Source: an uncultured delta proteobacterium (GTDB lineage Bacteria > Desulfobacterota > Syntrophobacteria > BM002). Taken from it: 14,594 nt of DNA. Location of the stretch: NCBI GenBank assembly GCA_963712115.1, contig CAVQGX010000050.1:1-14594 (forward strand), given 5' to 3'. The translations under genes were made by a program, and so were the position numbers. The notes under the pieces were generated by a model, which was not told where the DNA came from, ran no database searches, and saw only the letters and a program-made list of their open reading frames with translations. How positions within the stretch are numbered: position 1 is the stretch's first letter; every line of letters starts with the position of its first letter. This document shows, piece after piece, positions 6,049-14,594 of the stretch.

Positions 6049-6873
6049 TCAGAAGAGGGCAATAGTAAGAGCCACAGCTCCCAGCACAAAGCAATAAGGG
6101 GCAAAATAGAATAGCTTTCCCTTACCTACCAAAGATCGCAATAGGCGCAAGGCGATCCAACCGACAAGAAAAGCCGAGAGAAAACCTGCGGCCACCACAT
6201 GCCATTCAGGATAGTTGCCACCTCCGTGAAACGCTTCGAGGGCCAGAGCTCCCAGAATGGCTGGAATGGACAGGAGAAAAGAAAAGCGGAATGCCAGGTC
6301 TGGTTCAAGGCCGAGTAGCATCCCCAGGGTGATAGTGACTCCCGAGCGCGACAGGCCAGGGGTGATTGCCGCGCCCTGAACCAAGCCAATCATCAGGGAG
6401 TCAAATACTCCGGGATTTTCCAGATGCTTGCGGCGCGGCTTGGACCAACGACTCCAGATGAGAAAAAAACCGGTGGTCCACAAACCTAGAGCGACAATGG
6501 CAGGTGAGGCAAAGAGGCGATCGAAGAGGTCCCTTAAAAGTAAACCGATGAAAGCTGTGGGTACGGAACCCACCAGAATCATTAAAGCCATCTTTACGCC
6601 ACTATCCAAACCGTTGGAAGTGGGAGTGGCTTGGGAGGAGGTTGCCTGGCCTATGGCCCTGAAGCAGCCCCTAAGCATCAGGCTCAAATCGCCCCGAAAG
6701 ACCAAGAATACGGCCATGAGGGTACCTACATGTACCGCAATATCAAAAAACAGTTGTGATTCCTGGAATCCTAACAAATGTTGGGCCAGTACCAGATGTC
6801 CTGAGCTGCTAATTGGGAGAAATTCAGTGATACCTTGCAGAGCGCCGAGACACAAGGCCTCCAGGACATTCAT
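6049..6873 (-). CDS. uppP: Undecaprenyl-diphosphate phosphatase (BacA)
   Basis: QGITEFLPISSSGHL and PGLSRSG motifs, FSFLLSIPA, multiple TM segments. Confidence 0.96.
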   Translation of the reverse strand: MNVLEALCLGALQGITEFLPISSSGHLVLAQHLLGFQESQLFFDIAVHVGTLMAVFLVFRGDLSLMLRGCFRAIGQATSSQATPTSNGLDSGVKMALMILVGSVPTAFIGLLLRDLFDRLFASPAIVALGLWTTGFFLIWSRWSKPRRKHLENPGVFDSLMIGLVQGAAITPGLSRSGVTITLGMLLGLEPDLAFRFSFLLSIPAILGALALEAFHGGGNYPEWHVVAAGFLSAFLVGWIALRLLRSLVGKGKLFYFAPYCFVLGAVALTIALF

Positions 6874-7023
6874 AGGTTAAAGCTCTCGTTCTGCGGGGAC
6901 CAAAACTGAGCCGACATAGTGAGATCGTCCAGCAACGCTCACGAGCCAGCCGCTTGGCGAAGAGGTGAGAGTAGGGAGATCATCCCTCCACGGATTATTT
7001 TGCCTTCTACCGGTCCAAGGAGC

Positions 7024-7338
7024 TTAGTAATCTTCCGCACCGAGTGGACGGGTAAAAGTGTACTTGGCAGGTGCCACAACCAGTTTCTGTGCAGCTTCAC
7101 CGGTATTGCCCCCAAGTAGACTGAATGGCAGAGAAACGATGAAGAAGGCTGTGCCTACGGCGAAACCAACCAGACCTAGAGGTCTGAGGAGCACCATATC
7201 AAAGATCATGGCAGGCGCATTCCTGTCTTCTCCGATTACATACTTCTTTTCCGAAGCCAGGGCGGGGGAGACCGCCCAGGTAAAGGCGAGCACAGCTGCA
7301 AGCAGAAAAATAAGTGATTGCTTCCTGAAAGTACCCAT
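7024..7338 (-). CDS. Small exported/membrane hypothetical protein
   Basis: Signal peptide (..SPALA), hydrophobic segment, RPLG motifs; RBS AAGGAGGG. Confidence 0.85.
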   Translation of the reverse strand: MGTFRKQSLIFLLAAVLAFTWAVSPALASEKKYVIGEDRNAPAMIFDMVLLRPLGLVGFAVGTAFFIVSLPFSLLGGNTGEAAQKLVVAPAKYTFTRPLGAEDY

Positions 7339-7691
7339 GGAGACACCCTCCTTGTAAAAGATCAGACTCTAATTCTGGGTGAAAATAGCTGAATGAGTGA
7401 AGAGAATTAATCCATAGTAAGGCAATTTACCACAAATACAGCACATTATGCTATGCAAATGTTGTACCTCTTGCAAGAAACCTGGACAACAATCAGCCTA
7501 ATTTGACCCACTATCATTGGGAGTCAAACACATTACTTGTCTCAGTGCTGTACATGCTGCAATGCTTTAGGGTCTTTTTCCTGGACTTTTGGCAGATGGG
7601 TGACTAAACTTCGAGACTGAGAGAATGGGATGTAAGCGTAAGCTATGGCACGTGGAAGATCTGATTTAGATGTCGGAGGAGGAGATTTATC

Positions 7692-7898
7692 ATGACTACA
7701 ACACCACAGCATTGCCCAGGATACGAATCTTTTAAGGATCTCAAATCTTTCGTTTGCAAGTGTAACAGCTGCGGAGAAGAGAAAGAGATCTTTTCTGACG
7801 AGTTCAACAAGACTCACACATGTGCGAAATGTGGCACCACTATAGATTTTACCACCTGTTCATACGAGGCAGGCGGTGGTACTAGCACTCCTCGTTAA
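7692..7898 (+). CDS. Small Cys-rich zinc-ribbon-like protein
   Basis: Strong RBS GGAGGAGGAG; CPG, CNSCG, EIFSDE, CAKCG. Confidence 0.85.
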   Translation: MTTTPQHCPGYESFKDLKSFVCKCNSCGEEKEIFSDEFNKTHTCAKCGTTIDFTTCSYEAGGGTSTPR

Positions 7899-9058
7899 TC
7901 TCCATCTGCCAACTTCTTTGGCTCTAGAGCTCGGATGGCAGAATTACGAATGGTCCGCAAGGTGCCTGCAACCAGACGCTCCGTATCGTAGCCGGCATGG
8001 AAGGTATTGATGTTGGGTGCGTTAACCCGGCCGATTGCATAGGTCAGCCATTGCACGGTAAGGATGAAATCAAGAAACTGCTGCAGGGGCTGGTTCGAGG
8101 CTGGCGTGTTTACCACCTCAATATTGCGCCCATATTCGACGGGCGTGAAATTTTTGCCAAGGAATTCAGGTTGAAGCCAGATGATCCTGGCATCGAAGAA
8201 TTCGCAGAGCACGGGGACAACTTCCCTTGCTCTGGCAGCAGTATCCTCGTCAAAGATAAGAAAAATAATAGTGTCTTTAGGCCGGGTTATAAAGTAAAGG
8301 GTGTGGCAGTATTCCTCGATGCCAGTGAAGCGTCCCAAGCGATTGAACTCGTGCATTTTGTAACTGGCAAAGCGAGCCACAATTTTTGTCCAACCACTTC
8401 CGAGGAAAAAGGTCTCCCCACTTTCGGCCCAGAATTTGGCTTTGTTGAATAACGGCTCATAAAAGGTGGGTGAGAGCAAGGTGCGAGTGTGGTCGAAGAG
8501 GACTTGCCAGTCTGGTTCTATTTCTGCCGCCCGCATAAGGGTAAGCAGGACCGCCCAGAATGTTTTGGTCTGAGCGACATCGTGATGATAACCAATGTAC
8601 TGCTTGGCGTGCTGGTCTGTATAGTTGGTATCCCCTAGTTCTTCCGGGGGTGATGCATAGATAGGCCAGACCGAAGAGGCCAGTTCTGCTAACGGGCTTT
8701 GTAGGTTGTCGGTTACAGCTACTACCTGGGCGCCTGCGGCCAAAGCTCTCTTTGCTGCCTCTAAAACCCTTACAGTGCGGCCGGAAACGCTGATGCCAAT
8801 GAGGGTATCGCCAGGCTGGAAGTGCTGAGCGGCCTGGCTGGCTTCAAGGGCTGGCAAACCAAATACTTGGCCACGTTCTTTCATCACCCACTGGCCAAAA
8901 AGGGCAGCGCAGTAAGAATCCCCCGATCCTGTGAGAAACACCCTATCCGAAGAAACAGGCCACTCCGGTGGAGGAAGTGTCCGCTGCAAAGAAACAATTC
9001 TCTCCTGCTCGAGCATTTCTTGATAAATGTATTCATCTCTGAGCATGAAGCTTCCCAC
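7895..9058 (-). CDS. Double SIS-domain protein (GlmS C-terminal/AgaS/FrlB-like phosphosugar isomerase)
   Basis: LTGSGDSY, ISVSGRT, AQTKTF, FLGSG..YKMHE and EEYCH motifs; no glutamine amidotransferase domain. Confidence 0.88.
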   Translation of the reverse strand: MGSFMLRDEYIYQEMLEQERIVSLQRTLPPPEWPVSSDRVFLTGSGDSYCAALFGQWVMKERGQVFGLPALEASQAAQHFQPGDTLIGISVSGRTVRVLEAAKRALAAGAQVVAVTDNLQSPLAELASSVWPIYASPPEELGDTNYTDQHAKQYIGYHHDVAQTKTFWAVLLTLMRAAEIEPDWQVLFDHTRTLLSPTFYEPLFNKAKFWAESGETFFLGSGWTKIVARFASYKMHEFNRLGRFTGIEEYCHTLYFITRPKDTIIFLIFDEDTAARAREVVPVLCEFFDARIIWLQPEFLGKNFTPVEYGRNIEVVNTPASNQPLQQFLDFILTVQWLTYAIGRVNAPNINTFHAGYDTERLVAGTLRTIRNSAIRALEPKKLADGD

Positions 9059-9118
9059 CTCCTAGCCCAGCAAGACTATCCCCCGACGGATCTAACTGTC
9101 AATTAGTTACTTCAGACA

Positions 9119-9376
9119 TTTAGTCGATTCGTTCAAATCGTTCAAGTCGTCAATTCGTCGATTAGTCAACTCGTCAAATCGTCAATTTGTAGACGGTTAT
9201 GGTAAACGCTGAACCGAAAACGGTTTCACCATTTGACCAATTTCCTAATTTTCTAATTAACCTTTTTTGTCTGCTGTCCGCTGCCTCCTGCCTGCTGCCA
9301 TCTATCCTCTGTCCTCTGACTTCTACCTATTACAACAAATGACAGCGGAGCGTAGTGACCCAATGACGCCGAAGGC
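9119..9376. repeat. Intergenic degenerate short tandem repeats
   Basis: 8-9-mers tcgtcaa(t/a) at 9119-9190, heptamers tgYctgc/tcctctg at 9268-9325, and aatgac-associated mini-hairpins at 9337-9376. Confidence 0.7.
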
Positions 9377-9526
9377 AAGTAGCTTATGGCCTGCCAGCTG
9401 TCTGCTGATTGCTGTATCTCTCGGCACGCTGATTGCATCGCCGTAGACCAGTCCTTGGTCTGCAAATTCCCCAAAATCTGGTGGACGAAGGAGTGGACAA
9501 TTGGCCGATGAAAGGAGTTTAGCGAG

Positions 9527-10768
9527 TTGAATTCAGTGGTTGTGAGAACACTGTTCTCCCTTATCGTGCCCGGTGGACTGGTGGTCATTTCTACAGCCAT
9601 GCTGGTTTGCCTTGGTATTTCGGACAAATCTCTGTCTGCTCTGGTGCACATTTATCCATATTTGGTTACAGTAGCCGGAATGTTGCTTGGCTGGCGCTTC
9701 AACCGCAGTCGCTTGATTCTCGCCATTCTTGTACTGGCTGTTGCAGACAGAGGATTACTTTTGTTTTCCTCTGCCGCTGCTAGCGGTGGTGCTGCTTCTG
9801 CAGATGTCGGCCGAACCGTCTACAATGCCATTGGCTTTCTCTTGCCTCTGAATCTGGTGTTTGTCTCTCGGGTGAAAGAACGGGGGATTTTAACAGTTCA
9901 CGGCATAATCCGATTGAGTCTCATCTTACTGCAGGTTCTGGGCGTATTTCTCATATGTCGATATCAGGAGTGGGGCCTGGCTGCTTTTCTAGACTATTCG
10001 TTGGCTGAAAAACACTTGCTCTCACGGCTTCCCCTTTCACTGCCTTGTCTTTTTTCCTTTGGCATAGCATTTCTTTCCCTCACCCTTGGTTTTATTCGAC
10101 ACGAGTCGGTAATTGAAAACGGGTTCTTTTGGGCACTGTTGTCGGTTTTCTTGGCTTTCGCCGCAGGCAAGATTGGTCCAATTTCAACGGTCTATTTGGC
10201 TACCGCAGGGCTTGTCCTTGTTGTTTCTGTAATTGAAACTTCCCATACCATGGCATTTCGAGATGAATTGACTGGCATTCCCGGCCGGCGCGCTTTGGAG
10301 GAAAAGCTTCTCCAACTAAGTGGTAACTACACTGTGGCCATGCTCGATATTGACTTCTTCAAGAAGTTTAACGACCGTTACGGCCACGAGGTTGGCGACC
10401 AAGTCTTGCGTTTGGTGTCGTCGAAACTTACTACGATATCCGGCGGCGGCAAACCTTTTCGCTATGGTGGCGAGGAGTTTACCATTATTTTCCCCGGGCT
10501 GAATAGCAGAGCGGCCATTTCTCATCTTGAGAAATTGAGAAAAAGCGTGGAACGGACGCGCTTTGTAGTTCGCGGTAGCCGTCGATCAGGTAAGAGATTA
10601 GAAAAATCGAAGGGGGTTAGAGGATTTCGAAAAAGAGTCAAAGTAACCATAAGTATTGGTGTGGCGGAGAGAAACGGAAAATACAACTCTCCGGAGCAAG
10701 TGCTTATGGCGGCAGACAAAGCTTTGTACCGAGCAAAAAAAGCTGGCCGAAATCGGACCAGCACCTAG
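9527..10768 (+). CDS. Membrane-bound diguanylate cyclase (GGDEF domain)
   Basis: Multi-TM N-terminus; DELTG, DIDFFKKFNDRYGHEVGD, RYGGEEF, TISIGVA, ADKALYRAKKAGRN; TTG start with RBS AAAGGAG. Confidence 0.95.
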   Translation: MNSVVVRTLFSLIVPGGLVVISTAMLVCLGISDKSLSALVHIYPYLVTVAGMLLGWRFNRSRLILAILVLAVADRGLLLFSSAAASGGAASADVGRTVYNAIGFLLPLNLVFVSRVKERGILTVHGIIRLSLILLQVLGVFLICRYQEWGLAAFLDYSLAEKHLLSRLPLSLPCLFSFGIAFLSLTLGFIRHESVIENGFFWALLSVFLAFAAGKIGPISTVYLATAGLVLVVSVIETSHTMAFRDELTGIPGRRALEEKLLQLSGNYTVAMLDIDFFKKFNDRYGHEVGDQVLRLVSSKLTTISGGGKPFRYGGEEFTIIFPGLNSRAAISHLEKLRKSVERTRFVVRGSRRSGKRLEKSKGVRGFRKRVKVTISIGVAERNGKYNSPEQVLMAADKALYRAKKAGRNRTST

Positions 10769-10773
10769 CCCTT

Positions 10774-11150
10774 AATCCCAAATCTACATTCCCCAATCCG
10801 AAATCCGCAGTCCTAAGTGTCTAAAATACCTAAATTTATTTCTCGACCAGCACAGAGGGAATAGCGTCAATGGCTCCTGACCCCAAGCATGGGGCATAGA
10901 GCATGAAGATAAATCCGAAAAGCCCATTCTACCCTCTGCCTGTTTAGCCGGTTAGCCAGTTTGGCCGGTCTTATCGGCAGGCAGCAGCCAGAAGCCAGAG
11001 ATCGGAGGTCGGAAGTCAGAGGTCAGTGAACAGGGTTAAAGCTGATCTCTGACATCCGACTTCTGACTTCTGAGATAGACGACTTCCCCTGCACCTTGTG
11101 CCCTGTGCCTTGCGCCTCTACGCAATCCGCAATCTACAATCTCAAATCCA
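10774..11150. repeat. Intergenic mosaic of heptamer arrays including an inverted array
   Basis: aatccNN arrays at 10774-10815 and 11124-11150; cagaggt-type array inverted against its complement at 10989-11072; tgYgccY array at 11090-11117. Confidence 0.8.
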
Positions 11151-11151
11151 A

Positions 11152-13603
11152 CTAGCGGTCATCCTTCTCTTTCCCAGCTTGCTTGGCGGCTTCTTCCTCT
11201 TTCTCCTGGGCTATAGCAAGGGCTGCAGCCGCAGCTGCCTCAAGCTTTCTTTTATCGGTGGGGGTAGTAGGCTCGTCCTTGCTTTCACTCTCCTTCTTAG
11301 ATTCTTCGGCGGTTGTCTCCGGCGGCATATACACCGTAACGTTTCGGTGGGCGAACTGTATGCCCTCTTTACGAAAGGCCTCTTGAATTCGTTGGAATAC
11401 TTCTCGCCGGATAATGAACTGCTGGCCTGGAACTGTCTTGAATTTGACCCGCATTATCATGGCGGAATCATCCATTGCTTTCACACCCTGGGACTTGATC
11501 TTGTCAAGCAAACCTGCTGCGAGTTCCGGATTCTCCTGAATTTCCTTGTCAATTTTTTTGATGATCTTTTTTACTTTATTGACGTTGGTGTCGTAACGAA
11601 CCCGAATATCCAGCTTCATGATTTGGTAGTCACGGCTGTAGTTTGTAACCGTCTTCATATCACCAAATGGAATTGTGATTACCGGACCGCGAGCGTTGCG
11701 AAGCCTCATGGAGCGCAAAGAGATTTTTTCAACTGTACCCTTCATGCCGGCGGTTTCCACAAAGTCACTTATGCGGAAGGCATCGTCAACGAGGAAGAAT
11801 ACCCCTGAAATGATATCCTTCACCAGGGTCTGGGCGCCAAAGCCGAGGGCCAGCCCAATGATACCGGCACCGGCAATCATGGGCGCGATGTTTACACCTA
11901 TTGCCGACAATACAATCATCGCTACTATAACCACCAGGACAGTAAGGACAAATTTTCTAAAGAGCAATAGCAAGGTGCCCTTCCGGGTGCCGCCCGCGCC
12001 ACCACCCTCCTCTATCTCCTCGCCCTCTCCGGGGAATTCTTCCTCGAGTTTTTTGTCAATCAAAGTTTTCGTATACTCCCAGACGAAAAGTCCAAGCAAT
12101 ACCGCAACGATGATACTGAGGAGGGTGGAGGAGAATATTCTGGTGACGGAGAGGTCAATTTCCCATAACCTGAGAAAGAGGAAGAGCAGGGCCAACACCA
12201 GCACAATACGGAATATTCGTTTGACCAAGGGGATATAATCCCGCGTAACCCCTTTCTCATCCCATGGGGGTTCATAGCCGGCAGGAAGTTCGCCAGCTGC
12301 ATCCGGATCAGCCCCAGCTTCAACCTTTTGATCTTCGCTTAGGTCAAAGGTTTTAGGCAGCTCACCGGAGGCGACTTTCAACATCCGTAGTCCCCACTGA
12401 TCGATTCCGATGAATATAGGAATGAGGAAAAGGCTGGCAATGAGTTTCAAGACGGTTCCCTTTCCTTCAATCAAGGCGCTGATTTGCCAGAATATTCCCA
12501 TAATAATTACATATAGAATCGCAAAAATATGCCAACTCTTGGCCAACCCAGCACTCAGTGGGGAGTGGTCACAGGTCCCTTCAGCAGCATCCTGGCACAT
12601 GGCTTGCGCCACTCTGTGTCGGCTTTGCCAGATCATTACGACGATTAATAAGATAACGCTAAGACCGGAGGCACTATACAATAATAGGTAGAGCTCTTCG
12701 CTGAGTCCGATATTGCGGACAATCCCACTCGCTCCTACAATCACCGCCGCTACAGCGGTAATTCGCAAAAACCAGCGGTAGAGAAAGGTTGCATCTGCAT
12801 CCGCCATAGGCACCAACCGTAAGGCCGGGGCTCCGGGTGAGAACACGACTCTGGCAAGGAAGATGATGGCCAGTAAATAGTAGCTAACGATCAAGTAGGT
12901 ACCAACAATAATGTATGAGGCGTTTCCTTTATCATAGAAAACAACAAAGAGGATGAAGGTGATGAGTATGTAAGCTGTCACTCCCAAGGCGTTGAGGAGC
13001 AGGCGGAAAAGTATGCGGCCTAGCTTCTCTAGGCTCCCTAGAGGCACGGTGGAAAGCAGCTGATCGCGAAAATCTTCCGTGAGACGCAAAAGCAGCCACA
13101 CCCCTAATAGACCTGTTCCAATCAAGGCAATCAGCCCTACAAAGGTCATGAGTAAGGAAGCGGTTCCCTTGCCGTCGGATAATAGCCCGATGAGAGCGCG
13201 TCTTTGCGACAAGACCGAAGCCGACTCACGAAAAATTCCTCTGATTCTCTTAAAAATCGCCGAAGCTCCGGCATCCGTTTCATCGAAGATCTGTCGCAGA
13301 CCGCTCCCTCTCTCAGTTTGCTGTCCAGTCTGTGCGGTTACGGCTTTCTTCTTCTGCCTTTTTCTTGAGTTCCTCAATCAGAAGGCGTCTGACCTGCTGG
13401 TCGCTGAGGGTGGCCATAAAGGCATCGATCTGGTCGCCGGAGAGTTGTTTTGGTAGTTGGGCCTCTTCCTTGGCCTCAGACTTTTTCTTGCCTTTTGAAG
13501 CCTTTACTGCTAGCGGGTTAGCTGCCCAGCCCACCTGCGCGCAGTATAGAAGCCCGAAGAAAAAAAGAATTGGCAAAAGAATAAATCTCTTATTGCTACG
13601 CAT
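11152..13603 (-). pseudogene. Large MscS-family mechanosensitive channel (YbiO-like), split by a frameshift near 13345
   Basis: The downstream frame has the MscS core (AGAGIIGLALGFGAQTLVKDIISG, GTVEKISLRS, VTNYSRD). The upstream frame supplies a signal peptide and RBS (GGAAGGA before ATG 13603). The frames overlap at 13313-13377; this may be a sequencing error. Confidence 0.75.
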
Positions 13604-13809
13604 TTTTAGTCCTTCCATTACCGAGTGAAGAGACGATGTTCTCTGAGCGTCGATTCTTGCCTAACTTAATCTTTCTGTCAAGAATTCTCCTCGTCTTTGT
13701 TGACTCGCACAATTAGCTGTCTTAACATCACTGAAAGCTTAGATGTCTTGCATATTTCTCTGCTAACCTCCCTAACTCTCTTGAACACCGTTATTAAAGG
13801 AGAAGTAGA

Positions 13810-14594
13810 ATGAAAAAAAATGTAACAGTCTTTGTCCTGATTTTGTCCCTCTTTCTTTTATTCGGATGTACCAAACAAATCATCAAGCCCACACCCACAC
13901 CTGTGCTCGATAACATTTTGAAGAGGGGCGAGTTAGTAGTTGGTACGGCTGCTGGCATGCCCGCCTTGAATATCAAAGCAAAAGACGGCGAAATTATCGG
14001 TTTTGAGGCTGACTTGGCCAAATTAATTGCTGATGGCATGGGCGTGAAACTTAGATTTAAAGAATTGAAATTTGACAAGTTGCTCTCCAGCCTGCAGGCG
14101 GGAGAGGTGGACATGATTTTGTCCTACATGACTATGACCCCCAAGCGAAATTTAAAGGTAGCTTTTGTCGGCCCATACTTTATATCTGGCAAGGCCTTTC
14201 TCACCAAGATTGAAACCATAGCCAAAGCAGAAGAGGCCACGGAAGTAAACAGCGCGAATGTCAGGTTGACCGCCCTCAAAGGCTCCACCAGTCAATATTT
14301 CGTTGAGGCAGTATTACCTAAGGTCCAGTTAATTCCGGCGGAGGACTACGATGAGGCTGTGGATCTTGTGCTAAAGGACAAGGTGCACGCCATGGTTGCC
14401 GACTATCCCATCTGTGTGGTATCCGTCCTTCGTTATCCAGATCAAGGATTACTCTCAGTGGTTACGCCCTTGACCTATGAGCCATATGGTATTGCAGTGC
14501 CATCCTATGACCCACATCTGGTCAACTGGTTGGAAAATTTTCTCTCCATCCTGGAAGAAAGCAGTGCACTGGACGAGCTAACCGAACGCTGGTT
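13810..14594 (+). CDS. Amino-acid ABC transporter substrate-binding lipoprotein (family 3), truncated at window end
   Basis: RBS AAAGGAG; MKKNVTVFVLILSLFLLFGC lipobox; RGELVVGT..DGEIIGFEADLAK..LQAGEVDMILSYMTMTPKR..FVGPY. Confidence 0.93.
   Translation, partial: MKKNVTVFVLILSLFLLFGCTKQIIKPTPTPVLDNILKRGELVVGTAAGMPALNIKAKDGEIIGFEADLAKLIADGMGVKLRFKELKFDKLLSSLQAGEVDMILSYMTMTPKRNLKVAFVGPYFISGKAFLTKIETIAKAEEATEVNSANVRLTALKGSTSQYFVEAVLPKVQLIPAEDYDEAVDLVLKDKVHAMVADYPICVVSVLRYPDQGLLSVVTPLTYEPYGIAVPSYDPHLVNWLENFLSILEESSALDELTERW

Noticed and set aside
9527-10768. Functional linkage of the GGDEF gene with the island PilZ genes
   Set aside because: The GGDEF gene lies on the host side of the tRNA, several unrelated genes away; proximity is probably coincidental.
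5906-11150. CRISPR array in the repeat-rich spacers
   Set aside because: Units are 7-9 bp degenerate tandem repeats without unique spacers, and there are no cas genes.

Overview
Bacterial genomic window; the gene set and intergenic heptamer arrays resemble Desulfobacterota/deltaproteobacteria (inference). The left ~4.9 kb is the end of an integrative element inserted at the 3' end of tRNA-Ala(GGC) (4912-4988, minus). It carries a tyrosine integrase preceded by an unannotated 46-aa ribbon-helix-helix gene. Transcribed divergently are two cargo modules: a HEPN/DUF4145-like protein, and a three-gene PilZ / Zn-ribbon-PilZ / shared-tail cluster. The two modules sit in the same non-coding frame: a duplicated ~140-bp promoter + two-hairpin + terminator unit (candidate sRNA) upstream and a duplicated ~45-bp terminator element downstream. 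A third, sequence-distinct two-hairpin sRNA-like unit precedes the HEPN gene. The right ~9.6 kb looks like core chromosome: NarL-type response regulator, uppP, small exported protein, Cys-rich protein, SIS-domain protein, membrane GGDEF protein, a frameshifted MscS-family gene and a truncated amino-acid ABC substrate-binding lipoprotein. All calls come from reading motifs by eye; no database searches were run.
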